Below are positions 41,301 through 55,200 of a stretch of DNA of 64,000 bases, piece by piece. The notes below the pieces were generated by a model. That model had not been told where the DNA came from and made no database searches. It saw only the letters and a list, made by a program, of their open reading frames with translations. The DNA is from Utricularia gibba (taxonomy: Eukaryota > Plantae > Magnoliophyta), in NCBI GenBank assembly GCA_002189035.1, contig CM007989.1:6262001-6326000 (forward strand), read 5' to 3'. The position numbers and the translations under genes are program-made. Each line of letters opens with the position of its first letter. The stretch's first letter is position 1.

Positions 41301-41440
41301 TGCAGTACATCGCGAAGAAGGTACGGATCACCGGCTGCCGAACTTGTTGCTTGCCAGCGTATTGCTCAATGCTCCCAACACAGGTTCATGAAGAGGAGAG
41401 GGCTGCTAAGAGAAGGAACCTTGGAGAAACCCAGTCATGA
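38384..41440 (+). CDS. STY: ACT-domain Raf-like Ser/Thr/Tyr kinase (STY8/17/46 family), 16 exons
   Basis: ACT domain [30 protein letters not shown]; kinase motifs [30 protein letters not shown]. All exons stay in frame; the intron at 41102-41185 is GC-AG. Confidence 0.93.
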
Positions 41441-42982
41441 TTTTCCACCGGAACTGCCCCCCCGCTGCCTTGTAAGTTTCACGGTATCCCATGTTTGCTT
41501 GGAACCTCAATCCCATCAAACACGCACTCTGTTCCGCTCGAGCAACGGGGAGGTGACTCCTCTGTAATTAAATTAATTCTAAATTTAAACAGCTTACCAG
41601 GTTTTTATGTCGGAATCGTGAGATTATTGTTATTAGAGATTAATGAAGTAACGTTTGGAAAAATCAATTTAAAATAGATATATTTTTATAATTAATTTTT
41701 TAAAATAATTATTGTAAATTGACTAATATTTGGAATGGTAAAAATAATAATTGATTTTTATAATTAAATGATACATGTACTCGTGTTTATTAATAATAAT
41801 ATTTTATAAATTTATTTAAATATCATATTATATAATATCAATATTTATCAAACATAAAATCAATAATTCAAAAAATAAAAATTAAGTTTTATAATATTTA
41901 TTTATCAATATTTATGAAATAGGTGTAATAATAAATTTATTTCTCAAAATCAATTTTTTAAAAATAATTCTGTATTAGAATATATATATTCATACTTTTC
42001 ACATAATTCAATTGAATCTTAAAAATCAATTCTCACACAATAGAATCAAATAGAAATTTTGAAAGAAGAATCATTTTAGTAAAATAGAATTAGCTTTCAA
42101 ACGTAGTTGAAATTAGTTTTTTGTAACTCATTTGATTCGTAAATAAAAAATAACATGAGACTAGAATTATTTAGAATTTATACATTTATATGGCAATAAC
42201 AAATTTTTGATTTTTAAGTCAGTAGGACCTAATATTATGGTATGAAGGATTTGAAATCTTTTTTATTACAATTTTCATTAAACCATGACCAAATTTTGAT
42301 GATTAAATATTATACTTTTAAATACTTCCAAATATGTGTAATATTTTTTTTGTGCGGTCGGGAAGAGTGAAGAACAAAACTGTGATTGGTCTCAGACCAC
42401 CGCCACCGTCAGAGAGCTGTTACAGAGAAAAGAAGACGGGGAGACCCGTCGCCGCGCCACGTACCAGTGACAGTAGCCCACCCCCTTTTTTTATTAATTT
42501 TTAATTAAAATAATTAAATAATTGGATTTTCACGTATCTCGTGATATAAATAGTTTTCGATCTTAAAGTCCAATGTGACTTGTATTGTTTCCCCTGGTCG
42601 TTTTTGTCTTGATTTAATCTAAATTTAGTAAAGGGAAACATTCTTAAATAATTACGTTATTACCCATACTTTTAAAGAATCTCAACAAGGGAATGATTTA
42701 GTTGGCAGGTTGCAATAAAAAGAAGAGTAGCATTATAAAATTAAATTAAAAAAGGAGCGTCCAAGAAAGAAGGAAAGTCGGGCCAACTATTTAATATTTC
42801 ATTTTCAATTAATTACTGAAGATATTTTTATTTGGTAATAAATCCTGCCGCAGTGTATGTATATATCTGCGAGTGCACTGCCAGGCGCATAAAGAACCGC
42901 CGGGAATCCTCCGACCACCGTGAAGCTGCCTTTTTCTTTCACCGACGCGACAGATTCATTTTCTGAAGAAACTTATTTGAAA

Positions 42983-45631
42983 ATGAACTCCCAAACATCG
43001 TCCAGCATGAAAGATAGCGAGGCTGCTGTCGGGGCAAGCACAGCGATGCCAGCTTACGGAAACGGCTTCGCATCCGCCAAGTTAGGGCACTTCGATTACG
43101 TGATGGAGGCGCCTTCGTGGCGTCACAACGCTTCATTCCGGAGGGGGCCCGAGAATGCATCTGTTCATGGCCAACTCCCCCCTAAGGAAGCCAATGTTGC
43201 GTTTCACGAAAATGTTGATCCAGAAGAGGTTTTGATTTGCAGTTCCTTCAAGGGGAAGTCGAGTTTGTTGAGGACTAAAACTAATTCCCGATTGATTGAC
43301 CCACCCGAGGAAATGAATCAGAGATTTGACTCCCTTAAACCTCCTAAATCGCAGTTATTGAGTAAACCCGCCGCCGAAATTGATGAAGATGATCCCTTTA
43401 TTGAAGAAGATCTCCCAGATGAGTACAGGAAACTGAAATTAGGTGCTCTCTCCTTCATCCAGTTACTGAGTTTACTTCTTATTGTTGCTCTTTTAATTTG
43501 CACCCTGGTAATTGATTTGTTGAAGAAGATGAAGCTCTTTGATTTGGAACTCTGGAAATGGGAATTAATGGTGCTGGTCTTGATATCTGGGAGACTACTT
43601 TCAGGGTGGGTTATCAGAGTTATCGTGTTTCTGATTGAAAGAAACTTCCTTTTGCGCAAAAGGGTGTTGTATTTTGTCTATGGATTACGAAGGTCTGTGC
43701 AAAATTGCTTATGGCTTTCTCTGGTTCTTATTGCTTGGCAATGCATATTTGATGCGAGGGTCGAAAAGGTGACCGACAGAAAGATCTTACCGTATGTGAC
43801 AAAGACATGGGTGTGTCTGCTGATAGGCACATTGATATGGCTTGTGAAGACTTTACTTGTTAAGGTTTTGGCCTCATCTTTTCACATGAGCACGTTTTTC
43901 GATCGAATCCAAGAATCTCTGTTCAATCAGTATGTGATCAAGACACTCTCTGGACCACCTTTGGTTGAGATTCAGGAGGAGATGGAAGCGAATGAGAAGG
44001 TGATGATTGAGGTTCAAAAGTTTCAGGACATTGGAGTGACCATTCCAAGCGAACTCAAGGCCAATGTGCTTCCCAAAAATGGAAGAATAACTGGTACTCC
44101 TAGGAAAAGTCCAGTGTCTAATGATTCTAAGACTTCCATTTTCTCCAGAGTGTTGTCCAAGAAGCAAGAGCAAAATGCTATTACTATCGATCATCTGCAT
44201 AGACTGAACCAGAGGAATATATCAGCTTGGAACATGAAGAGACTGATGAACATTGTTAGGAAAGGGGTTCTCTCCACTTTGGATGAGAAATTACAGGGTG
44301 CATCCGGTGAAGACGAGGCATCAGAGATCACAAGTGAGAATCGAGCCATAGCTGCTGCAAAGAAGATCTTTAACAATGTGGCTAAACCTGGATCCAAGCA
44401 AGTTTATTTATTATTGCTAATTTTCCTTGATGTTGTTTCTCTTTATGTAAGAACGGAAGTTAAATCTGCCCATCCTTTTACTGTGACAGATTCATCTACA
44501 AGGAGGATTTACATCGGTTTATGCGAAGGGATGAGGTTTTAAAGACTATGCACCTATTTGAGGATGTAACTGATCAACAAGGGATAAGCAAAGTTGCTTT
44601 GAAAGATTGGGTGGTGAGTAAAAACACTGCATATATGGAATGCCTCATCTTACTCCATCTAATGAGTGAACACAAATTTCCCATTTTCAGGTAAATGCGT
44701 TTCGAGATAGAAGAGCTCTTGCTTTGTCTCTAAACGACACTAAAACTGCTGTCAACAAGCTCCATCAAGTGCTCAACATCCTTATAGGAGCTGTGATCTT
44801 CTGTGTATGGCTCATCATCATGAAGGTTGCAACCACGCACTTCTTCATTTTCATGAGCTCCCAACTTCTCGTCGTGGTGTTCATGTTCGGTAACACATGT
44901 AAGACGACGTTTGAAGCGATCATCTTTCTGTTCGTTGTGCATCCCTTTGATGTCGGGGATCGTGTTGAAGTCGATGGCGTTCAAGTAAGTTTCCACTTTA
45001 TCAAACGCAGCACCCGGAGGCGTATGTCTACATCATCTCTTGCTTATTTTTTCAGATGGTAGTTGAAGAAATGAACTTACTGACTACAGTGTTCTTGAGA
45101 TACGACAACAACAAGATCTACTACCCCAACAACATTCTCTCCACCAAGCCAATCAGCAACTACTATCGCAGCCCAGATATGGGAGACTCCATTGACTTCT
45201 GCATACACATCTCAACTCCAAGCGAAAAGATAACACAGATGAAGGAGATGATATCCAGGTAAAAGTCACGCCTTTGCAGGAAATATGCTGTTTTGGTCAC
45301 CGGAATTCTCAGCTTAGACTAAACTATATACTCCTGTTGTTGCAGTTATGTGGATAGCCGGAGCGATCACTGGAAAGAGGGCCCGAAGGTGGTGCTGAAG
45401 GACGTGGAAGACATGAACCGGCTGAAATATTCTTTGTGGGTCACGCACAAAATGAACCATCAGGACATGGGCGAGAGGTGGTCGAGAAGGGCGCTGCTCG
45501 TCGAGGAGATGGTGAAAATCTTCCGGGAACTCGACATCGAATACCGGCTGCTGCCCGTCGACGTCAATATCCGGCACATGCCGCAGCTCAGCTCGACCCG
45601 ATTCCCCTCTAACTGGACTGCCTGTTCTTGA
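42983..45631 (+). CDS. MSL: MscS-like mechanosensitive ion channel (MSL4-8 class), 5 exons, 773 aa
   Basis: Exons 42983-44397, 44490-44613, 44691-44984, 45056-45258, 45346-45631 total 2322 nt. Multi-TM N-half, FHMSTFFDRIQESLFNQY, LSLNDTKTAVNKLH, FVVHPFDVGDRVEVDG, KPISNYYRSPDMGD. Confidence 0.94.
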
Positions 45632-45812
45632 AGGATCGATCCATCTCTCCCACCCAAGCTCTGTATTTCTCACTGTGTCGGAGATGTGAAGTAGTTAGTA
45701 CGGTCTATATCTGATTTAGCACCTTAATTCTGATATATTGTTTTATTAAATCAAACGGAAAATGGCGTTCTCTGGAGCCCAGAATTTCTTTCACGATTAG
45801 GAACGACGCCCG

Positions 45813-46676
45813 ATGGAGCCGAGTGCAGATGCGGCGAACACGGCGGAGGATGTAGGAATCGGCTCCTCAGTCGTCGCTGATGACATCGTATACGACGGCG
45901 GCGGCATGAGATCTATCAGGTTACAGTCAACTTTAGCAGCGCTCCTTGCTGATCCGGTTCTCGCCGACGTCCCCAAAAATCCAACGTTGTTGGACGTTGA
46001 CACTCTAATCAGTCTCGAACTAGGCAGCGGGATGCGAATTTCGGTCGTCAGGATGGATGGCGTTGCCTTTGGTATTCTCTTCTCGTTCAGACATTTTCAC
46101 AAATACCTTGTAGGTGGTGCCTTATTCAAAGAAATTGTGTTTCCGCATGCTGATTTTTGCAGAGGTCGCGGTGAAGAACACTGCTACCGTGAAGGATCTG
46201 AAGCAGGCGATCAAGAAGAAGGTGACAGAAATGGAGGAATCGAGAATGGGGCATCGCCACATTTCATGGTACTTCCACATACACTGTTTTACAGGTCCAT
46301 TTGGTCAACTGTTTGCGAAATGAACTTGCAGGAAGCACGTATGGGCAAATTTTTGCCTCTTTTGCCACAATGAGAAGTTGCTTAGTGATGATTCCTTGCT
46401 TTCAGACTATGCCGTGAGCCACAATTCTCAGGTACTCAGACCAGCTGATAACATCTGCAAATTCTTGTTTAGATCTCAGCAAGCACAGTGTGCGTTTATA
46501 CCCAGAACCTCCACTAGACCAATGCTGCTTTCGATCGCTTCTACCTGTCCGTCATTCAATGACCGTTGGCATAACCAATGCAGGTGCAGTTCATCCCGTA
46601 TGTTGCTTCAAGGAGTTCGAAAAAGCACTCTCGTAGGAGAAAGCACAGATTCTTTCATGGCCTGAGCAAAGTGTGA
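45813..46676 (+). CDS. SNRNP25: U11/U12 snRNP 25 kDa-like protein (ubiquitin-like fold), 4 exons
   Basis: Exons 45813-46071, 46163-46268, 46332-46430, 46584-46676. LLADPVLADVPKNPTLLDVDTLISLELGSGMRISV, ATVKDLKQAI..MGHRHISWKHVWANFCL, basic tail RRRKHRFFHGLSKV*. Confidence 0.88.
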
Positions 46677-47356
46677 ACCGGATTTCTCCACCTCCTTAAG
46701 TTCCAGTATTGTTGAAATTCGGATCAAAGACGAATTCTTTATCAATTTTCAGATACATCGTATGGTGCCATTTATACTAAAAAAATCTAATCTTGCCTTG
46801 TTCAAGACGATACCGAGTTTCAGGAGAGTCGGAGCCTGGCCTCGGGGATTTCGAAACACCCTGCACGTTTCATTGCGTGAACAATTGTGCCTTCTACTCT
46901 ATTCATTCCCACCGAGAATCGAATGTTCGAAAGACATTTTTTCCTCAAGAACACCAATCGTTTTTTTCCCACCGCTCGATGAATTCGATTCTTTGGTTTA
47001 GTGGAAAAAGTACCGCTTTTAGGATTCCCCTTTCTTTTTATCATTTTGTGGTGGGAATCACTATTCCATTCTCTTGATTCAACGAATTCAATGACGCTAT
47101 ATATAGAGACGAAGATCAACAGCGTTCGCTCAATGAAGGGATTTTAAATTTGGTAATTTTACTTGATTTCTTTTCCTGTGTCTTGATTTGTGTTTTTCCG
47201 GTATGATAGTGTTGATTTAATCTTCGCTATGGAGTTATTGATTTCGCAGCATGTTACCTCCGTAGCTATTTCATGTGACGCTTTCTGACAACTACGTGAT
47301 GTGGCGCTTGCAGGGTCAAACAAATCTGAATCACAAAAAGAGGAGAGGCTTGCAAA

Positions 47357-49736
47357 ATGGGCAACGTGAGCAAGCGTGACTGTTGATTTAAATTGCTAGG
47401 TTTCCAACTTGTTTTTCTTTTCAGTTTGATGACTCTCCTGTTATGTGTGCGATTATGTGCAGGAATATGACCAACTAATTCAGAAGAATGATCCTGGTAT
47501 GCCTGTAGATGAAGCTTTCAGTATGTTATACCAATCAAGACATCCTTGCTTACGTTTTATATTTTACAGCTGCAGCAATACGAAGTGGGAAGGAAGTTTT
47601 ATTGCAGGTAGCATTCTGGATACTCGTTATATTGATAGGAAGAAGAATCTCAACAGAAGACAACTACTACAATTAATTTTTTTTTTATCTCTTCTCTATT
47701 CATGCAATAATTACAAGTTCTTCAAAGTTCTGTATGTGAAGGTTGAGATCATGAACTTGTTCAGGGTGATGTGTTTGCTGATAATCTCCTTTCGCAGGCT
47801 TTTAATTGGGAATCTCACAAGTATGATTGGTGGAGGAACTTGGAGAAAAGGGTTCCTGACATGGCGAAATCTGGTTTCACTTCAGCCTGGTTGCCCCCTG
47901 CTTCGCATTCATTTGCCCCTGAAGGTTAAAAAGCTTTATTTTTATATTTCATCATGAGTGTTGCATTTGTACTCCATAATTTTCATCTGTAATTGCAGGT
48001 TATCTTCCACAGAACTTGTACTCCCTTGATTCTTCATATGGTTCTGAGCATGCACTAAAAGCTCTGCTCAACAAGATGAAAAGTTCCAAAGTTAGAGCAA
48101 TGGCAGATATTGTCATAAATCATCGTGTTGGTACCACACAAGGACATGGTGGAATGTATAATCGTTACGATGGAATACCACTAGCATGGGATGAGCATGC
48201 TGTTACTTCATGTACTGGCGGAAAGGTCATTAGACACTTCTCTCATTGTATCCCATGCTCTTCATATTTGGGTGACTTTTTAGGGGTGTGATTTCATGTC
48301 CTATGGTTAATGATTTGTTGAACTTTTGAGAGTTTTCCTTGCAAAGAAAATTATTTGGTCATGGCTGTGATTTGTATGAGCATATGATCTCATTAGTTAT
48401 CTCTCATATTCATATTTTCGTGTTTCTGTTGCTGTTACTGGTTCATGCAGGGTAGCAGAAGTACTGGAGATAATTTCCATGGTGTTCCGAATATTGATCA
48501 CACACAGCAGTTTGTAAGGAAAGACATCAGCGACTGGCTTCGATGGTTACGCTACACGGTTGGCTTCCAAGATTTTCGATTTGATTTTGCAAAAGGGTAA
48601 CTCTGACTATTAAGCGATATCTGACGATGCTGCTTTGCTGCCTTGACATTAACACTTGTGCTTTGTGATGCAGCTATTCTCCAAAGTATGTGAAGGAATA
48701 TATAGAGGGAGCAAAACCAATATTTTCTGTTGGCGAGTATTGGGATTCTTGCAACTACAGAGGCAGCTATCTGGAGTACAACCAAGGTACCCTTTCTAAC
48801 TCACTCAAAGCTTCTTATACCTTGTAGCCGAAAAAATTATGGATTGCTGCTATCGGTTTTCATTGCAGATAGCCATAGACAAAGGATTATCAACTGGATT
48901 GACGGCACCGGACAACTCTCGGCGGCATTTGACTTCACAACCAAGGGAATTCTGCAGGTAATTGAAATCTGCTATCTTCTCCACACCTTTTTGTCTTCTG
49001 TTGCAACTGCTGGATTGAGCATACATAATGTTTCATCTGCTGCCCTGCAGGAAGCTGTCAAGGGTGAACTCTGGCGCTTGCGCGATCCTCAGGGAAAGCC
49101 CCCTGGTGTCCTGGGGTGGTGGCCTTCACGCGCTGTCACTTTTATTGATAACCATGACACTGGATCCACTCAGGTACACTTCTCTTCTCCAACCATCCTT
49201 TCACCATCTGTTGTTAGGATCACTGATCAGAAACCATATCCTTTTTGGCAGGCTCACTGGCCCTTCCCTTCCGATCATATCATGGAGGTACACTACGATG
49301 CATGAGCTGCTTTCCTGCTGCATTCATGGCTTGAGTTTGCTTGGAACCACTTTCTGAAAAGTGATTTGTTTCAATGTTCAGGGGTACGCCTACGTGCTCA
49401 CGCATCCGGGGATTCCTTCGGTTTTCTACGACCATTTCTTTGACTGGGGTGCCTCCATCCATGACCAAATCGCGAAACTGGTAAGCCTTTGTGTTTCCAC
49501 ATCTCTGAAAGGGCATGTGAAGCTGAGCAAAATGGTGGATTCAGATTGAGACGAGGAGAGTTCAAGGAATACACGGCCGATCCTCGATCCAAATCCTCCA
49601 AGCGCAGCCGAATCTCTACGCAGCAAACATCGGTGACAAGTTGTCGATGAAGATCGGCGGCGACTCCTGGTGCCCCGCCGGAAAAGAATGGAAGCTGGCC
49701 GTCAGCGGCCACAGATATGCCATATGGACCAAGTGA
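47357..49736 (+). CDS. AMY2: Alpha-amylase 2 (cytosolic-type GH13), 12 coding exons
   Basis: [29 protein letters not shown]; catalytic FRFDFAKG (Asp), VGEYWD (Glu), [11 protein letters not shown] (Asp); no signal peptide. The first coding exon (MGN) is the least certain. Confidence 0.94.
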
Positions 49737-50579
49737 CCACCGTAGCCGTCGTGGTTCAAACAGCTGGTGGTTTATTTCCCGCTCGTTTTCTTAATTTCAA
49801 CACTAAAACAAAAAAATCGATAATCTCAATGACAATATTACCATTAATAGTTATTGTTATCATAAAAATAATTTCATATCAAAAAATCAAAATTTATATG
49901 ATTTATGTGTGATATTGCTTTTCCAAAAATAGGTTTATTTTAAATGGTGCACTAGTCACATATTTGGAGTAATGGACACCAAATATGTTATAGTAAACAA
50001 AAAACATTGGAAAACAACTTATCTTATTTGAGATGATAAATATTAGATAACAAGCATGCTCAACATGATAACTAGTAGAAGTTAATTATACCAATAGAAA
50101 CTAAATGTATATTTTTCATCAAATAATGGGAGATGTAATTTAGGATGAATCGGTGACATGCTGTGAGAGAAACTGATTAGATGATGTTTGTTATATCTGA
50201 TGAGAATATAGAAAATATGAGTGAATAAGATAAAAAGTGAAGCTATAGATGAATTAGTTGATGATGGTTAAGTATTATTGTAATGGAAAACATACAAATA
50301 TAGTACTTTTGTGAATCTTAATATATTTAGAAAAAATCAAGATTTGATAATAAGGATAATATTAAAAAAATAAAAATAGATTTGATAATACTTGTAAAAA
50401 TAATGAGATTTCTCCCAATATAAAGAAGCCACTATAAATATTAACCATATTTATATAAATGAGTATAAGAATCATGTCATCATTATAGAATATTTAGAAT
50501 CAAAGAAATGATAAATATTTTAAATAAATTGAATGCTCATCGTTAGATTTACTAGAGAATCTTCAATATATGAAATGCA

Positions 50580-51183
50580 TGATGTGACCCTCTAATCTAT
50601 AGAGATTAGCAACCCACAAAAAAGAGGTGATTTTGAAGCTTAGAAGAGAACCCACCCAAGTCTACCCTCAAGAGAATAAATCTCTTGCAACCAGACTTCG
50701 AAACAAAGAAAATTAGGAGCCACACTTCAGAAAAGAGAGATTGATTGGAAGTGATAATCCTAGAACGCCACAAGCTCAAAGCTTGATAAGTTAAGAGTGT
50801 TCAAGCACTCAAAGGAGAGGGGAATCCTCACAAGATACATAAAATGACCAAAGATCCTGAATTAGTACATCTCTAGAGTATTTATACTCTAGAATTGGAC
50901 TCTAACATTACATAGTCCAAACTAAATGAAATAGAAAAGTCTAACAAGCCCAATGCTCTAAGTTAAGTCCATCTTCAAGTAGTTGAGCTCTTTTGATGGG
51001 ATGTCTTCAAGCCCATGTTTGATTCCAATGGTATTGAGTAGACCCTTAAGTGTATCTTCAACCATCTTTGTCTTGCTCCTAGTCATTGGTCCTGGTGGAA
51101 TCATCTTTCTTTCTAATTTGTTCACTTGAACAAACTCCTCATCATTCTTCAAATACACTTCATTATCTTCCTGGGGCTCATCA
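50580..51183 (-). repeat. 3' LTR, 604 bp
   Basis: Direct repeat of 56710-57312, differing by G/A at 50799/56929, A/G at 50899/57029 and T3 versus T2 at 51018-51020/57148-57149. Confidence 0.97.
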
Positions 51184-52238
51184 TCCCCCCTTTCTTTAGG
51201 AAGATTCGTCCCTGAATCTGTATCCATGTCGAAAAGAGACAAATCAACAACATTGAAAGTTGAATGAACAGAATACTCACCTGGTAAATCTAGCTTGTAC
51301 GCATTATCATTAACGCGCTCAACAACTTGGAAAGGGCCATCTCCACAAGGTAGAAGTTTGGACTTTCTCTTTGTGGGAAATCTCTCCTTCCTAAGATGAA
51401 GCCAAACCCAATCTCCAGGTTCAAATACAACTTTGCGTCTCCCCTTGTTTGCTGCTGATGCATACTTTGCATTGTTGCATTCAATCTGTTGTTTCACCTT
51501 TTCATGCAATCTTCTGATTGCATCAGCTCTCTTCTTGCCATCTAAACTAACTTTCTCATCACAAGGCAAAGGTAACATATCCAAAGGTGTAAGAGGATTA
51601 AAACCATAAACGACTTCAAATGGAGATAATTTAGTAGTCAGATGCATGGTTCTATTGTAAGCAAACTCAACAAGTGGCAAACATTCCTCCCAAGTCTTAA
51701 GATTTGATTTAATCATAATCCTAAGTAAGGTAGAAAGTGTGCGATTAGTTACCTCAGTTTGCCCATCGGTTTGAGGGTGACATGTTGTTGAGTATAACAG
51801 CTTAGTGCCAAGTTTACTCCAAAGAACTCTCCAAAAGTGACTAAGAAACCTTGCATCTCGATCAGAGACAATAGTTAGGGGCATACCATGAAGTCTAACA
51901 ACTTCCCTAAAGAAGAGATCAGCCACATGAGATGCATCATCAGTTTTATGGCAGGGAATAAAGTGTGCCATCTTTGAAAACCTGTCCACAACAACGAAAA
52001 TTGAATCTCTACCCCTTTGGGTACGAGGTAAGCCTAAAACAAAGTCCATAGAAATGTCCACCCATGGTTGGGAAGGAGTAGGGAGTGGAGTATACAAACC
52101 ATTAGGGGCAGTGGTTGATTTAGTCTTCCTACAAGAGATACATTTAGAACAAATTCTTTCAACATCCCTTCTCATGTGTGGCCAAAAGAAATGTTGGGTG
52201 AGAGTATCAAGAGTCTTTTTAACACCAAAATGTCCCAT
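50958..52238 (-). CDS. Retrotransposon integrase (core plus C-terminal CR-type motif), frameshifted continuation of gag-pol
   Basis: [15 protein letters not shown] zinc finger, ISMDF..VVDRFSK..SDRD..QTEVTNR DDE core, GPFQV motif, [10 protein letters not shown] near the C-terminus. The last 226 nt lie inside the 3' LTR. Confidence 0.92.
   Translation of the reverse strand: MGHFGVKKTLDTLTQHFFWPHMRRDVERICSKCISCRKTKSTTAPNGLYTPLPTPSQPWVDISMDFVLGLPRTQRGRDSIFVVVDRFSKMAHFIPCHKTDDASHVADLFFREVVRLHGMPLTIVSDRDARFLSHFWRVLWSKLGTKLLYSTTCHPQTDGQTEVTNRTLSTLLRIMIKSNLKTWEECLPLVEFAYNRTMHLTTKLSPFEVVYGFNPLTPLDMLPLPCDEKVSLDGKKRADAIRRLHEKVKQQIECNNAKYASAANKGRRKVVFEPGDWVWLHLRKERFPTKRKSKLLPCGDGPFQVVERVNDNAYKLDLPGEYSVHSTFNVVDLSLFDMDTDSGTNLPKERGDDEPQEDNEVYLKNDEEFVQVNKLERKMIPPGPMTRSKTKMVEDTLKGLLNTIGIKHGLEDIPSKELNYLKMDLT
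51184..51197 (-). promoter_or_regulatory. Polypurine tract (PPT) of the retroelement
   Basis: Minus-strand AAAGAAAGGGGGGA directly before the 3' LTR. Confidence 0.9.
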
Positions 52239-55200
52239 TAGTCCCCACCATGAGCTTCTCTAACAATCAAATCACGTATGGAGCAAGAAGGAATGCACAG
52301 CCTATCTTTCCTATAAAGAAAACCATCTTTCCTGAAGAATAGCCCAGATGTAGCAAGTTCACATGCCTTATAAATATCCCCAAAATCGTGATCATGAACA
52401 TATAAGTCAATGATGGAAGCAAATCCAAGAATTCTTGCATCAAGATTGGCTAAGAGAGTGTACCTTCGAGATAAAGCATCAGCAACCACATTCTCCTTAC
52501 CTTTCTTGTATTTGATCACATATGGGAATGTGTCAATGAATTCCACCCACTTAGCATGTCTTCTATTCAGCTTTACTTGAGCCTTCAAATGTTTGAGAGA
52601 CTCATGATCAGTGTGTATCACGAACTCCTTAGGCCATAAGTAGTGCTGCCATGTCTCCAAAGCTCTAACCAACGCATACAACTCTTTGTCATATGTTGGA
52701 TAGTTGAGGGTGGCACCATGAAGCTTCTCACTAAAATAAGCAAGTGGACGTCCCTTTTGCATCAACACAGCACCAATCCCTAAACCTGATGCATCACATT
52801 CAATTTCAAAAGTATCAGAAAAATTTGGAAGTGCTAGGAGAGGTGTTGAGCAAAGCTTATTCTTGAGTTGTTTGAAAGCATGTTCCTGCTCATCTCCCCA
52901 ATGAAATGCATGATTTTTCTTGATCAACTGGGTGAGGGGTGCTGCTATAGAACTGAAGTCCCTAACAAACCGTCTATAGAAACTTGCTAAACCATGAAAA
53001 CTCCTAACTTCACCCACTGATGTAGGTGTTGGCCATTCTTTGATTGCTCTTACTTTCTCTTCATCCACAGCTACTCCTGCATTACTTACAATATATCCAA
53101 GAAAAGAGACACTATTTGTGCAAAAGACATACTTTTTGATATTAGCAAACAACTTCTCTTTTCTAAGAGTATCTAACACATCTTTCAAATGCCCTACATG
53201 TTCCTCAATACTTTTACTATAGATCAGAATATCATCAAAATAAACAACAACAAATCTACTTATAAAAGGCCTAAGAACGTGATTCATCAATCTCATAAAG
53301 GTGCTAGGAGCATTGGTTAACCCAAAAGGCATAACAACCCACTCATGCAAACCAAACTTAGTTTTAAAAGCAGTTTTCCACTCATCACCTTCCTTCATTC
53401 TAATCTGATGATATCCACTTCTCAAATCAATCTTACTAAAAACACAAGCACCATGCAATTCATCAAGCATATCTTCAAGTCTAGGGATAGGATGTCTATA
53501 CTTGATTGTGATGTTGTTGATGACGCGACAATCAGTGCACATCCGCCAAGTTCCATCAGACTTTGGAACCAATAACACCGGCACCGAGCAAGGACTCATG
53601 CTCTCACGCACAAATCCTTTAGACACCAATTCCTCAACTTGTTTTTGTATTTCCTTCGTCTCCTCTGGATTGGCTCGGTATGCTGGTCGGTTTGGGAGTT
53701 GTGCTCCAGGGACAAGGTCAATTTGATGCTCAATCCCTCTAAGGGGAGGTAAGCCTTGAAGTTCTTCTGGAAAAACATCTTCATATACCTGTAAGAGAGA
53801 CACAACACAAGATGGAATGGATGAAGCATGGTTAGGTGAAGTAGGAACTTCATCCTTATACATGAGTAGAATGAATGGTTGCCTAGCGTGAAGTAAGTGT
53901 CTAATCTCACTTGGCCTTGCTAATAGACTCTCATTCTTTCTCTCAATTCCTAAAACTCTCATGTTTTCACTCTCTGTTTTGTGCTCATTTTCATCCTTTT
54001 TTCCACTCAATTCCTTGCCATCTCTTCTTTTTTCTCCACTTTTTCGCATCTTTTTTTCACTCATTTTCACTTCACTCATCTCTTCTCCCTTACGAACGAC
54101 CACCTTGTGCTTTCCATTATCAGTATGAAGGCCTCTAGCATCACTCAGAATTCTGACTTGATCTTCATGTGCCTCCTTTGGAGATAATGGAGCAAGTGTG
54201 ATGGAGCGTCCATTATAATTGAAGGAATATTTGTTCTTGAAACCATCATGAAATACTCTTCTATCATATTCCCAAGGTCTCCCAAGAAGAATATGGCTTG
54301 CATGCATAGGAACAACATCACATAGGACTTCATCTTCATATCTCCCTATGGAAAACGTCACAAGCACTTGTTTGGTAACCTTTACCTCACTTCCTTCATT
54401 GAACCACTGCAGATTGTAAGGCTTAGGATGCCTCACGGTGGGTAGTCCCAATTTCTCCACCAAGATGTTGCTAGCAACATTGGTGCAACTACCTCCATCA
54501 ATAATCAGGCTGCAAACTTTCCTATTAACAAAGCATCGGGTTTGAAACAAGTTCTCCCTTTGCTCATCATTATCCTTCACCCCAATGTTAAGCGTCCTTC
54601 GAGTGACTAATACTTCTCCAGAAACAGGCAATTCATCCTCATCACTCACTTCAGCTTCTGTCTCCACTAGATCATCATCATCTTCACTAACAACTTCGCC
54701 ATTGCCCCTAATCACCATTGCTCGTTTATTTGGGCATTCAGAAGCAATATGTCCAAGTCCCAAGCATTTGAAACATTTTATGTTTCTGGTAGTTCCCTTT
54801 GGAGGTGTTGTTCGCTCCCCTTGCTTGGAACTTGATTGGATGTCGAATTTGAAGTGTTCCATGGATGACTTCCCTTTATTTCTCTCCATCATCTCATTGG
54901 TGCCCCCAAATTTCGAACCAGAAGTCCTCTTGTTGAAATCTCTTGCGAAACTCTTGCTAGATAGTTGTTTCTCAACCTTTGTGGCCATATGAATCATGTC
55001 CTCCATCTCAATGTAGTGATGAAGCTCCACAATATTTGCAATCTCCTTATTCATCCCATGAAGAAACCTAGCCATAGTTGCTTCTCTATCTTCCTGAACA
55101 TGAGCTCTAATCATTAAAATCTCCATTTCCTGCCAATATTCCTCCACTGGCCTTGAGCCCTGCTTGAGATTTTGCAAACGTTGATAAACATCTCTTTGGT

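Noticed and set aside
46900-46945. Heat-shock-element-like GAA/TTC array upstream of AMY2
   Set aside because: Only two properly spaced nGAAn units; below a convincing HSE.
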